Shown: piece after piece, positions 50,855 to 62,345 of the stretch | Layout: every line of letters begins with the position of its first letter | Position numbering within the stretch: position 1 is the stretch's first letter | Assembly: GCA_030390025.1 (NCBI GenBank) | Contig: CM059432.1 | Span: 18,850,001 to 18,914,000, forward strand | Direction: 5' to 3' | Source of the DNA: Squalus acanthias | Taxonomy: Eukaryota | DNA length: 64,000 nt | Notes under the pieces: generated by a model | The model's input: only the letters and a program-made list of their open reading frames with translations | Told to the model about the DNA's origin: nothing | Database searches by the model: none | Program-made: the position numbers and the translations under genes

Positions 50855-51372
50855 GCCTCTGAAAAACAGCCCGCGAAAGTGAGTTTAAATACTCACTGAA
50901 CCGTCACTCTCTGCTCCTCCCGACTCCGGCCTCTGAAAAACAGCCCGCAAAAGTGAGTTTAAATACTCACTGAACCGCCACTCTCTGCTCCTCCCGACTC
51001 CGGCCTCTGAAAAACAGCCCGCAAAAGTGAGTTTAAATACTCACTGAACCGTCACTCTCTGCTGCTCCCGACTCCGGCCTCTGAAAAAAAGCCCGCGAAA
51101 GTGAGTTTAAATACTCACTGAACCGCCACTCTCTGCTGCTCCCGACTCCGGCCTCTGAAAAACAGCCCGCGAAAGTGAGTTTAAATACTCACTGAACCGC
51201 CACTCTCTGCTGCTCCCGACTCCGGCCTCTGAAAAACAGCCCGCGAAAGTGAGTTTAAATACTCACTGAACCGCCACTCTCTGCTCCTCCCGACTCCGGC
51301 CTCTGAAAAACAGCCCGCGAAAGTGAGTTTAAATACTCACTGAACCGCCACTCTCTGCTGCTCCCGACTCCG
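50855..51372 (-). repeat. Tandem array of 7 x 74-bp units at the CR1 5' end
   Basis: Units start at 50855, 50929, 51003, 51077, 51151, 51225 and 51299; few variant positions. Confidence 0.95.
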
Positions 51373-51874
51373 ATGCAACATTGAAAATCTATTCTTGAAG
51401 ATTTCCTTTATTTCTAGCAAAATTGTAAACATGTTCAAACAGAATGCATTTATGATTTCACTACACAGAGCAATTCTTCCCCCTCTGATCTTTTCCCTAC
51501 GTTGTTCGTAAGGATATGGAGTGAAGCAAAATTTTACAGCTCTCTGCCAATGGGAAAAGCACAAGCAGTATATTAAAAAATTAGAAGGGAATACGACAGT
51601 GTAGAAAACTATTGATACGTTTGTTGATGTTGATATTCATTGATGCACCATCATACACTATTTGAGCATGGAGAAAATATAGGGATGACAAGAGCCCCTG
51701 TGCTTAAACTAACTGCCTTTCTTCTATTTCAAGCACCATTGTGATATATTTCAGGCCCTGAGGTGTCCAATGCAAACAAAGATGTGTAGGTTCCCTCCAG
51801 ATGATTAGATGACAAACTCTCAGCACAGAGTGCTCCAGATGATGGAGTTGAAGAATTTCATTTTGCTCAGATGC

Positions 51875-52497
51875 CGGCCTTTATATCTAGAGGACGAGAA
51901 TACAAGGGGTTAGAAGTTATTCTGCAGCTATACAAAAACCCTGGTTAGGCCACACCTGGTGTACTGTGAGCAGTTCTGGGCACCCCACCTTAGGAAGGAT
52001 ATATTGGCCTTGGAGGGAGTGCAGCGTAGGTTTACCAGAATGATACCCAGACTTCAAGGGTTAAGTTACAAGGAGAGATTACAAAAATTAGGGTTGTGTT
52101 CCCTAGAATTTAGAAGGTTAAGGGGTGATCTGATCGAAGGTTTTAAGATCTTAAGGGGAATAGTTATAATAGACAGAGAAAATATTTCCAGTGGGGGAAT
52201 CTAGGACGAGGGGGCATAGTCTAAAAATTAGAGCTAGACCTTTCCGGAGTGAATTTAGGAAACACTTCTACACACAAAGGGTGGTAGAAGTTTGGAACTC
52301 TCTTCCGCAATCTGCAATTGATGCTCGATCAATTGTTAATTTTAAATCGGAGATTGATAGCTTTCTGTTACCAAAGGTATTAAGGGATATGGGCCAAAGG
52401 CGGATATGTGGACTTAGGTCACAGATCAGCCATGATCTCATTAAATGGCGGAGCAAGCTCGAGGGGCTGAATGGCCTACTCCTGTTCCTATGTTCCT
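51875..52497 (+). mobile_element. CR1 3' fragment
   Basis: FWAPHLRKDILALEGVQRRF; TTCCTATG tail. Confidence 0.9.
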
Positions 52498-52974
52498 AAT
52501 ACCATTTCAGATATAGTGGCATCAGTGCAGACTGAGGTACACACCTTTAAACATGGGGTCAGATCTTCCAGCCCAGTCCCAAGTTTGACTGGTTGGTCAA
52601 CAGGTACATATATAATGTGATGGCAAATGTGTTTTCTGTACCTAAGAGCACTGTGGAAAATAAATCATTTGGTCGGTATGTTAAATATGATTTTGACTGT
52701 GATCGATTGACGGAGAGTACATCTGAAGGTACTTTTGAAATATATACAATCTTCCTCAAGTGCTGTGCATCATCTATATATTCCCATCATTTTGACAGAG
52801 GAAGCAAGGCAAGAAAAATGTCATCTCAATTCTGAGATTCTCCAGAGGGCCTCATTATAGGTTTAGAACATTCACAGAACCTGCAATACTTGGAACAATA
52901 CATCAACCTAAAGGGTCATGGGGTTCTCTCATCAACCATCTCAACCCACCCCACAATTTGAGACAGTAAGAGAG

Positions 52975-53692
52975 TGCCTCCTATCACAGGCTGCTGGTTA
53001 CCATTTACACCTCCTCTGGAACAATCTTCTGTTTCTTTACTTGTCCCATTAACACCCTCTTTTGCCTAGCACCATCACCCCTATCATCATTTAATCACTC
53101 CTGCCCTCCACCCTATCACAGACCTTCCCTTTTGTTCTTTCCTTCCCCACACCCCCTTCCCCCCTTTACCCTGGCTCTGCTCTCGCTTAAAAAACTATTA
53201 ATCTCTAACATCGTCCAGTTCTGATGAAAGGTCATCGACCTGAAACATTAAGGGTTGGATTTTGAATGACCCATGGAGTCGGGTTTGGAGGCATGTGGGG
53301 GGTTAAATTTGCGGGGTTGGGGTTTCCGACCCCATCCCGACTCCATCCCGCCTCCACGCAATTTTGACAAAATCAGTCGCGGGGTTCCCGACTCTCTCCC
53401 GCCTCTTGAAGGCAGAAGAGGCCATTAAAGCCCTTAACAAGCCCTAAATTGGGTCTGTAATGCTATTTTGAAACGTTATAGCTAGTTTAACCCTTTTCTG
53501 ACGTGAAGCACGCCTGGTGTGAAACACTCCAGTGAAACCTGGCGGGAGCACAAATGGATAGCTAACTATCGGCTGCAAGTCCACTATTACAACGGAGATG
53601 TGATGAAGGTAGTAGTATTAGGTGTGAAAGTCGTCTCTGATACTGCTACATTCAATGTCATGGCATTTGGTGTAACAGGACTTGGATGCAAA

Positions 53693-53727
<35 letters not shown>

Positions 53728-54110
53728 TATTCATTTGCATCCAGGTCCACTCACATCAGAAGCAATGCAGACAGGTCCTCTCTCACCAGTAGCCAGACAA
53801 TCTCTGAGAGCAGGCAGTCAGCAATGATGACATCATCAGAGGCGGGTTTCAGACTGAAACCACTAATTAGTTCATGGGTTCCCACATGCTGCAACTCAAT
53901 TGCCCAATTAAGTGAAAATTGCATCAGGCATCCACATTAATCTGGAGTCGGGGGGGGGGGGAAACACGAAATGCGGATTACACGACCCCAACCCGACCCC
54001 AAGACAAAATCCAGCCCTAACTGTTTCTCTCGCTACAGTTGCTGCCTGAATTTTCCAGCATTTGCTGATTTTATTTCAGATTTCCAGCAGCTGCAGTATT
54101 TTTGCTTCTG
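52975..54110 (+). mobile_element. Penelope 3'UTR/pLTR with its hammerhead split by a Harbinger MITE
   Basis: Homologous to the reverse complement of 23864-24180; core CTGATGA..GAAA at 53221-53245; resumes at 54018. Confidence 0.8.
53252..54017. mobile_element. Harbinger-type MITE
   Basis: TIRs GGGTTGGATTTTG / CAAAATCCAGCCC; canonical TAA TSD. Confidence 0.85.
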
Positions 54111-55036
54111 TTGAAATGTTAAAGATGTTGTGCAACAGCTACACAATGACATTCTATGGTCTCTGCAGACTCTCTGAAGTTTAGCTCGACAGTCAAGTTG
54201 CTAACTACTCTTGTCTGCAACCATTCAGCCTTCCCTCCACAGTTCAGATATGGTGCCAGTGACAATTCCTTAGAGTTCTCTGATGATGAGATCGGGAGGG
54301 TTGTGCTGACAACCTTGAGTGGCTCTGTGACTTTCCATTTCAAGCAAGATGCATCACCATCAAATATTCCGAGCTCAGCCATAGATGCAAAAGCAAATTC
54401 CCTTTATTCATTCCCAGCAATTTACCTCAACCTCAGAAACATTCACAAACAACTTCACCAATGCAAAACGCAGTCCATTTCCCAGAGCAGATATCCTGCA
54501 GCCTTGAGTGAGAATATAACAGTGCAGAATGAGGAAGAGTTTGTGCCCATTAAGAATGGGATTGTTTTTTGCTTTTTGTACCTTCACATCTTGGAAAATA
54601 GCATGAGGTAGTGGAAGGGTTCACAGGCTGATTAACAGTCTGTTAGGCTGCAACATCTTTATGCCAGCTGATAGGGTGGTCAGTCCTATATGGTGGGAGG
54701 ATTTTATGGGCTCCCACAACCCTCACAATGAGGGGGACCACCCACACCCTCACCCATGCATATCCCTCTGGATGTCAACCCAGAGTTTAGAGCCGGAGCT
54801 CCAATCTCCGCATACCAGGACTGTCTGGAGCGGGGTTTGAACGCTGCAACCTTCTGACTCAAAGGTGGGAATGCTACCATGAAGCCCAGAACTGAACTGA
54901 GTCTGCTCAAACTCATTTCGCCCACAGCCCATACAATCATTGTATGGAGAAAACTTCTTTTGCATCAGTCTGGACTGGATTTGAGGCTGCCTTGAAATTG
55001 GGCTTTTCAACCATTGGTGTACAACCTCATATAAAA

Positions 55037-56682
55037 TGTTCTGATGAAAGATCACCGACCTGAAACGTTTGGCTGGATTTTACCAACCTCGGTGGGTCCG
55101 TGGCGGGTGACGTCGGTGGCGGGTCCCGGCCTCGCTGCTGTCTCCAGCCTGCTGTGTAGAATGATTTTCCCCTGATTGGGCTTGTTAAGCCCGCCCAGCG
55201 CGTTTCCCAGCCAATTGAAGGAAGCGGGTCTGATGACATCATTTGATGACGTGTCATCAGCCGGTTTCCTTAAAGAGACCATGCACATTGCACAGGAAGA
55301 CACAAGCAGGGATGTCATCAAGAGGACCAGGCTGCAGTGGTGCAAACCTTTCAATGATCTCAGTAGATCACGAAACGTTACTGCAAAGCCACACTCAACC
55401 TCATCCTGCTGTGCCTCTCATCACATCCCCATCACTCTGCCTTCCCTACCCTACTCCCGCATATCCTTACTCACACCAACTTACCTTGCACCTCCACCCA
55501 TCCCTCTCTATCTACATTATCACTTCCCCATCTCACTAGCCACCCCTCACACTCACCCACATCCTAGTCCAATCATACCAACTAACAACACACAAGGGTA
55601 GGCACATGGGTGTTTTAGCCAATGTTCATGTGAAGTTTCTGTTAATGTACTGTCAAACATTGAAATCTTTATTTTCAACACTTTGCCTTCTTGGACAGAT
55701 GTGTGTGCACCTTTGGAAGTGGCTTAGTGAGTTGCAGTGAATTGTGAGACATACCGGTACCCCCCGCAATGCTGACGAGTGTGAAAGGAATGGCTTGGGC
55801 ATTGTAGGGATGCTTTATGGTGTTGGTGTGGGGTGGTGCCAACCTGGCGCATCATGTGACAGCCAGGGTGTGCAGTGTCAAGTGAAGTAAATGTGGCCAT
55901 GGTGAGGCCATTGCTGGCGTCCCGGGCAGCAATGTGGTCGGGTGCTGATGCCCTGTGTCCTGTGCAGCATCAGGTGATTGCGGAGAAGGTTGGTGTTGTT
56001 GGTGCTGCTGGTGTGCCTGGTGATGCTGGTCGTGGTGGGATGCTGAGGACCAAGATGAAATCGTTTCAAGGGCACCGATGCTGATGGAATAGATGGCAGG
56101 TGAAGTAGAGATGACAGAAGCGATCTGTCAATGGTGCGAGAGGTAATGAGGTCAGACTACATGGAGGCTTGTGTAAAGACTTGCAGCATTCTGAATCTGT
56201 AGTGGAAATGCAGTTTAGAGAAGCTAGTGCCTAAGGGAACATGTCTCCATCAGCTGGGAGCTTTGACTTGACATTTGAAGCTGTCAACTCATCAGCTGAA
56301 ACAATGGGAAGTGACCTATCGCCTCAGCTTCACTGACGAGGTCTAGGCACAGCGGGATACCAGTGGGCGACCTGTCAGAATCAAAAAGCTGGGGTAAAAG
56401 CAATGTTAAGTGGCTGTAAAAAGGGCACTAAAGATTTCAATTGCCTCCCCGCCGCTGCGTGTCCGGTCTGCTCAGCGCTGGTTGACCCGATATTCGGTAA
56501 AGGCGCTGTCAAAATAAAACAATTTCCCACCTGACCCGCCACTGATCGTGCCCGCTGATCTCCTGGAAAACTCTGCCCGTTAACTCTGTTCCTCTCTCCG
56601 CAGATGCTGCCTGAGTTGCTGAGTATTTCCAGCATTTTCTGTTTTAATTTCAGATTTCCAGCATCTGCAGTAATTTGCTTTT
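55037..56682 (+). mobile_element. Penelope pLTR with its hammerhead split by a Harbinger element
   Basis: GTT-CTGATGA...CCT-GAAACGTT up to 55069; resumes GTTAACTCTGTT at 56579. Confidence 0.8.
55070..56578 (+). mobile_element. Internally deleted Harbinger element with Myb/SANT remnant
   Basis: Ends TGGCTGGATTTTACC / GGAAAACTCTGCCC; TSD GTT; peptide IAQEDTSRDVIKRTRLQWCKPFNDL resembles the Myb/SANT RTxxQCRKRFNDL motif. Confidence 0.75.
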
Positions 56683-57459
56683 GTATAAAATGTCTTTGTC
56701 TGCCATTTTAATGGAAACATTAACTTTCCTTTCAACGGGTTATTAGCTCTGTTAAAATAGTGAATATTTGAAGAGCCAAAGCTCAAGACATAGGTTTAAT
56801 TCCAAAAGGAAAAGGCAGAATGTTGATAAGCACACTACAATTAGGTATAACTGTACCTCTGCCAGAGGTAAACATGCAGCTCTGCACACACAGCAACTGT
56901 TCAAGGGAACTATTTCTTTGAGATATGTACAGGCTTTGACTGATACCATAATGCTCCAACAACTAAGCTATGAAAGAACGTAAAATGTCAAATGTACTTT
57001 TTAGCTTATTAAACAAATAAAAAGAAGCAATTACCACATGTGGTTTAATCAGAGTTTCCAGATTGCCTTTGTTCAGTGCCAATTAAATGCTTTGCAGAAC
57101 AGTCAAGTGCTCGGAAAAGACTGAAAATTCATTTCATTATTCTGGTTTTCTGACGATTGAGTGAAAAGATCAGATAAAGAAAAATATTAACATGAAGAGA
57201 AAAAAACACTGATAAACCGATGATGGGAAGCACATTGTGCTCAGGCAAATGGAACTTAATTTTCCGTCGAGGATTTTTTTGTTGCTTCATGTGCAACCTT
57301 TTAATAAATTAATTTGAACACAGGCATCAGCAGACCCTGGCAGAAAGGATTTGCTGAAGAATCCAGCATGCAGTGTACTTACAGGGAGCTGGCTGCTCGT
57401 GCACCATGAGTGGGCTGTAAGCATTAAGCTGGAACCATGTTGTGAAATGAAATTGAAAG

Positions 57460-57856
57460 ACTTGTGTTTATACAGCACCTTATCATGTCGCTCAGAAACT
57501 CCCCAAGCGCCTCGCACACAATAGAATACATTGACGCCTGTTATGTAGGCAACTGCAGTAGCCATTTTTCATATAGCAAATTCCAACAAAACAGCAATGA
57601 AATGATTGAACAGCTAATCTGTTTTGGCCGAGAGAGGAATGTCGGCCAGCACACAAGGAAAACCTCCATGATCTTCTTTTCAGTAGTGTCACGGGATCCA
57701 GGTGAACATTTAGATATGGCCTAGTTTTGACACATTTAACAGCACCAGCGCCTCCCTCAATGCAGCACTTCTTCAGTAACACACTGGAACCTCAGCTTAC
57801 ATTAAGATCTGGAGTGGGGCTTGAACCCCAGTCTTCTGACTCAGAGACAAGTGCTG
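57460..57856 (-). mobile_element. Degenerate tRNA-derived SINE
   Basis: Diverged match to the SINE body and head (GGAGTGGGGCTTGAACCC). Confidence 0.6.
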
Positions 57857-57928
57857 AGGCAATCTGGTACTGTTTCGTCACTATGAGGGTCATGAAATAT
57901 TTGGCATCAATGTGTGTGTGTTTATAGT

Positions 57929-58393
57929 GTCAGCTGTGGCTCAGTGGGTAGCACTCTCGCCTCTGAGGCAGAAGGTTGTGGGTTCAAGTCCCACTCCAGG
58001 GACTTGAGCACATAAAGCTAGGCTGACACTCCAGTGTAGTACTGAGGGAGTGCTGCACTGTCGGAGGTGCCGTCTTTTGGATGAAACGTTAAACCGAGGC
58101 CCCGTCTGCTCTCTCAGGTGGATGTAAAAGATCCCAAGGCACTATTTCGAAGAAGAGCAGGGGAGTTCTTCCTGATGTCCTGGCCAATATTTATCCCTCA
58201 ACCAACATAACAAAAACAGATTATCTGGTCATTATCACATTGCTGTTTGTGGGAGCTTGCTGTGCGCAAATTGGCTGCCGTGTTTCCCACATTACAACAG
58301 TGACTACACTTCAAAAGTACTTCATTGGCTGTAAAGCGCTTTGAGACGTCCGGTGGTCGTGAAAGGCGCTATATAAATGCAAGTCTTTCTTTT
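57929..58393 (+). mobile_element. tRNA-derived Deu-type SINE, full length
   Basis: A-box TGGCTCAGTGG, B-box GGTTCAAGTCC, conserved central domain, TATATAAATGCAAGTCTTTCTTT tail. Confidence 0.9.
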
Positions 58394-59079
58394 ATTCTTA
58401 TTTGAAATAATAACATGGAAATAGAAATCCCATTTAGCTCATTTCTTAGAATAAACCACATACCATTTGCACTTATGTGAACCCGCCCCAATATACTGTA
58501 CCACTGATCTGAGATCAGTAGCTGCAGAATCAATTCACACCTGGGTTGTATTACAGGCTGCCCCAGGCTGCAAGTCGTGCTTTTAATACTAAGAGAGATC
58601 TGTGCAATCAAAGCTTTGCTCAGGGCTGACAATTTTTGAAAGTTTGGGAGCATGAGTATGAGTGCCAACACTTAAAAACATTACAAAGAGAATTCAGTTG
58701 AGAACATACCCAGGCTGTCCAGTGGCCTGCCTGTATACCTTTTAAATCTCGCTGGACAGCACAGTGGAGTTATACTCCATCTGATATCAAGTCCAATTAG
58801 TGTGAGACAGCCTCCTGAGGGCTCATAACATTTACTGGAGTTGGATTGGAACCTGAGTACAGATTCAAACTGACAGTTTTGTATAACTGCAAAGTGGAAA
58901 ACAGTTTCAAGCGCTCCGCTTCCTTCTTGGAGCGCAATCGGCAGCATAAGGGGCGGAGACACCAGCAGCGATGCGCACTGGCACTGCCGCGTTCAAAGGC
59001 TCCTTCCCTCCCTTAAAGGGAAGGACAAAAATGAGAAGTCGCACAACACCAGGTTATAGTCCAACAGATTTATTTAATT

Positions 59080-59117
59080 TTACAAGCTTTCGGAGCTGTC
59101 GCTCCTTCCTCAGGTAA
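59080..59117 (-). ncRNA. Minimal hammerhead ribozyme motif
   Basis: Reverse complement of 60171-60208. Confidence 0.7.
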
Positions 59118-60170
59118 GTTAGCAGTGAGAGAATCTCCCAGAATTCACAATTTAAACACAGACAAAATCTATTCAAATCTTTCCCTACATCAAAGACACA
59201 CTAAGAGCACAGCCAAGACAATGAGATGTGTCCCAGGGGGTCCAACGTGTCAAACCACCTGCTGGCTGCATATCCTGTCAATTTGTGTTGGTTCTTGTGT
59301 TAGTCTTTTTAAAAAAAAACACCTGGGAAGACCGGCCATGATGTCAAGTCACGTTCTGTATCGTGACATGAACCCGATATCGCGATTAAGGCCATCCTCA
59401 TGAGTGCGGAACTTGGCTATCAGTTTCTGCTCTATGATTTTGCGCTGTCGTGTATCCCGAAGGCCGCCTTGGAGAACGCTTACCCGCAGATCCGAGGCTG
59501 AATGCCCCTGGCTGCTGAAGTGTTCCCCGACTAGGAGGGAACCCTCCTGCCTGGCGATTGTTGCATGGTGTCCGTTCATATGTTGTCTCAGTGTCTGCAT
59601 GGTCTCGCCGATGTACCATGCTCTGGAGCATCCTTTACTGCAACGTATCAGGTAGACAACGTTGGCCGAGTCACATGAGTATGTACCATGCAGACACTGA
59701 GACAACGTATGAACGGACACCGCGCAACAATCGCCAGGCAGGAGGGTTCCCTCCCAGTCGGGGAACACTTCAGCAGCCAGGGGCATTCAGCCTCGGATCT
59801 GCGGGTAAGCGTTCTCCAAGGCGGCCTTCGGGATACACGACAGCGCAAAATCATAGAGCAGAAACTGATAGCCAAGTTCCGCACTCATGAGGATGGCCTC
59901 AATCGCGATATCGGGTTCATGTCACGATACAGAACGTGACTTGACATCATGGCCGGTCTTCCCAGGTGTTTTTTTTTAAAAAGACTAACACAAGAACCAA
60001 CACAAATTGACAGGATATGCAGCCAGCAGGTGGTTTGACACGTTGGACCCCCTGGGACACATCTCATTGTCTTGGCTGTGCTCTTAGTGTGTCTTTGATG
60101 TAGGGAAAGATTTGAATAGATTTTGTCTGTGTTTAAATTGTGAATTCTGGGAGATTCTCTCACTGCTAAC

Positions 60171-60208
60171 TTACCTGAGGAAGGAGCGACAGCTCCGAAA
60201 GCTTGTAA
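60171..60208 (+). ncRNA. Minimal hammerhead ribozyme motif
   Basis: TTAC-CTGAGGA-A-GGAGC(gaca)GCTCC-GAAA-GC-TT-GTAA. Confidence 0.7.
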
Positions 60209-61781
60209 AATTAAATAAATCTGTTGGACTATAACCTGGTGTTGTGCGACTTCTCATTTTTGTCCACCCCAGTCCAACGCCGGCATCTCCACATCATGAC
60301 CTCTATTAAAGGGAAGGGCCATCGCTTCAGGCTCTGCAATAGAAAAAGTACCTACCTGGACCACCAAGGCAGCCGCGATCCCGCGCGATCAGCCCGGCAC
60401 TCAAGCAGAGCGAGCGATCGCGGGCACGAACCTGCGAAAAAACTGGAACAGGAAAGGTCATTTTTTTTTTTTACTTACTTCGCCTTTAATCATCGCCCCC
60501 GAAGCGGCCGGCCGCTCGATGCGCGCCTCCTGCAGCTGTCAGTGTTTTCGACCGGCGCTGCTGCAGGGGGCGGAAGTCAATTTCGGGTCCGGGGCGCTAC
60601 CGGGGCGATGCGCACGCCGATGACATCACGATCTCCGGGCGAAGGATATCGGGACGCAACGCCGTAGCACCACCGCAAAACTCCTGCCAAATATGGCGGG
60701 AGTCGATGTCAGCGCCGCGCCCGGTCGCAGAGCCATTTGCGCCCCGTTAGCGCCCCCCGGGAGGCGCAGAGGCACCCAATTTCACCCCTTTAAAAATTAG
60801 CACTCCAAACGGGGCGACAGTGAATTCTCTTCCTGTATTTCAAAAAGCCACTTTTACTGACATTTTTTGATTGCCACCATATACCTACTAAACAAAATCC
60901 CTGTCACTGCCTTGTTATTAATAGAAACAGCACATATTACATTTCGTGTTTAACCAACATCATGAAGCGAAAAACAATAACATTAGGATTGAAGTTAAAG
61001 AATCCTGTGCTGTGGTAAAATAACCATGATGAAAGTATACCAATTTCTGTCCATTAAAGTGCAGAGATGCTTCATCTGTCACATGTGACTCAAGCAAATG
61101 TGTAACAAGTAAAACAAGCCTCTTCCAATTGCATACTCAATCAGATCCTGGGACTGGTGCCAGATAGTTCGCTAACTTGCAATGGTTGTGCATTTTTACA
61201 GGAGCATTTGTGAGTTAAGCTCTTTAGATTTATCATTGCTCAAAGAGCAACAGCCACGACTCGGCGTGTGTTTATGTGTGAGGTGTGGGGTGGGGGAGGT
61301 TCGCAGGTACAGTTTGTCAGATTTGAACCCCACCTGAGTCTTTCAAAGATCCTTCAGAAGTCTGGGAGAACTTTCTCACCCTGCAAAGAGATCTACCTGA
61401 GGGAATCCTATCACTGGGGAGTCTTTTAAATGGGCAATCTGTCAGGAAAGGTGACCGTTAAACAAAATCTGTGCATTTTTTTTGCGTGTGTATATCAAGT
61501 ACATTTTATGAATGTGTGCTGATGTGTGGTTCCAGCAGGTGAGACTCTGCATAGGGAGTGCACATTCATAAGATTTACCCTGTAGAATCCATTAGCATGT
61601 GTGATTTTGCTTTTATGTGGATATGCAAGGGGTCATTTTCCAATTTGCGTTTACAATTTATTACAAAGTATTTACAGCACAAAAACAGGCCGTTCAGCCC
61701 AACTGGTCCCTGCCGGTGTTTATGCTCCACACCAGCCTCCTCCCACCACTCTTCATCTAAACCCATCAACGTATCCTTCTA

Positions 61782-61943
61782 GAGAGAGAAAGAGAGTTAA
61801 CGTTTCAGGTCGATGACGAAAGGTCATCGACCTGAAACGTTAACTCTCTTTCTCTCTCCACGGATGCTGCCTGGCCTGCTGAGTTTTTCCAGCGTTTTCT
61901 GTTGTTATTTCAGATTTCCAGCATCCGCAGTATTTTGCTATCG
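61782..61943 (+). mobile_element. Miniature Penelope pLTR insertion with 5' inversion, inside an old CR1 tail
   Basis: 36-bp perfect inverted repeat (61782-817 / 61823-858); TSD AACGTATCCTTCTA at 61768-81 and 61944-57. Confidence 0.85.
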
Positions 61944-62239
61944 AACGTATCCTTCTATTCCATTCTCCCTCTTGTACTTATCTAGCTTCCGCTTCTGGGG
62001 CCATTCTCACCTGCCAGGAACACACATTAGACATTCTGGCACACGTTGCAAGATTTTCACACCATCACTTTCAAAGTTTAGAATAATCGCAGGCTCTCAG
62101 CAGATGAGGCTGCCCACTGGGAGTGCGAGGTTGGTAAATTAAATCCGTACTGTTGAATAAAATAGTGCATTTATGTTAAAAATGGAAATCTAAAATATGT
62201 GCATTTTCAGTACTTACTTGGTATATAGTATTACAAAAG

Positions 62240-62345
62240 GAAAATACTGCTGATGCTTGAAATCTGAAACAAAAATAAAAACAGAAAATGCCTGAAATAC
62301 TCAGCAGGTCGGGCAGCATCTGTGGAGAGCAAAACAAAGTTAATG
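62240..62345 (-). mobile_element. Penelope pLTR 3' part, cut at hammerhead helix III
   Basis: Matches 23869-23937 up to AGTTAATG, then switches to a Harbinger TIR. Confidence 0.75.

Larger units (their letters stand above)
42928..51372 (-). mobile_element. Near full-length CR1 (5'UTR array, ORF1 zinc finger plus esterase, ORF2 APE-RT), interrupted by a younger CR1
   Basis: ORF1 from ATG 50544 (CSSC..CRKC, one in-frame TGA, IGDS/HIGTND/DGLH) to 49594; APE 48391-49218; RT 43102-44310; CATAGAAA tail. Confidence 0.9.
59023..60305. mobile_element. Penelope-like insertion forming a 581-bp-arm inverted repeat
   Basis: Arms 59023-59603 and 59685-60265; GIY-YIG (NVVYLIRC..WYIGET); TSD TTAAAGGGAAGG at 59013-24 and 60306-17. 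Confidence 0.92.
58905..60788. mobile_element. Family A-related Harbinger MITE (left end missing), interrupted by Penelope
   Basis: Similar to 17450-18105; right TIR CCCAATTTCACCCC; followed by an inverted left-end fragment at 60789-60833. Confidence 0.7.

Noticed and set aside
50855..51372. CRISPR-like array
   Set aside because: Whole 74-bp units repeat with no unique spacers; eukaryotic LINE context and no cas genes
54119..54611. 151-aa and 87-aa ORFs in unique-looking DNA
   Set aside because: No recognisable motif or convincing splice boundaries
57929..58010. tRNA gene
   Set aside because: A and B boxes continue into a multi-copy SINE body; the same applies to 4600-4662, 33790-33868 and 54795-54885
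59023..60265. Assembly fold-back artefact
   Set aside because: Arms differ at several positions, the unit is TSD-flanked, and inverted pLTRs are typical of Penelope insertions
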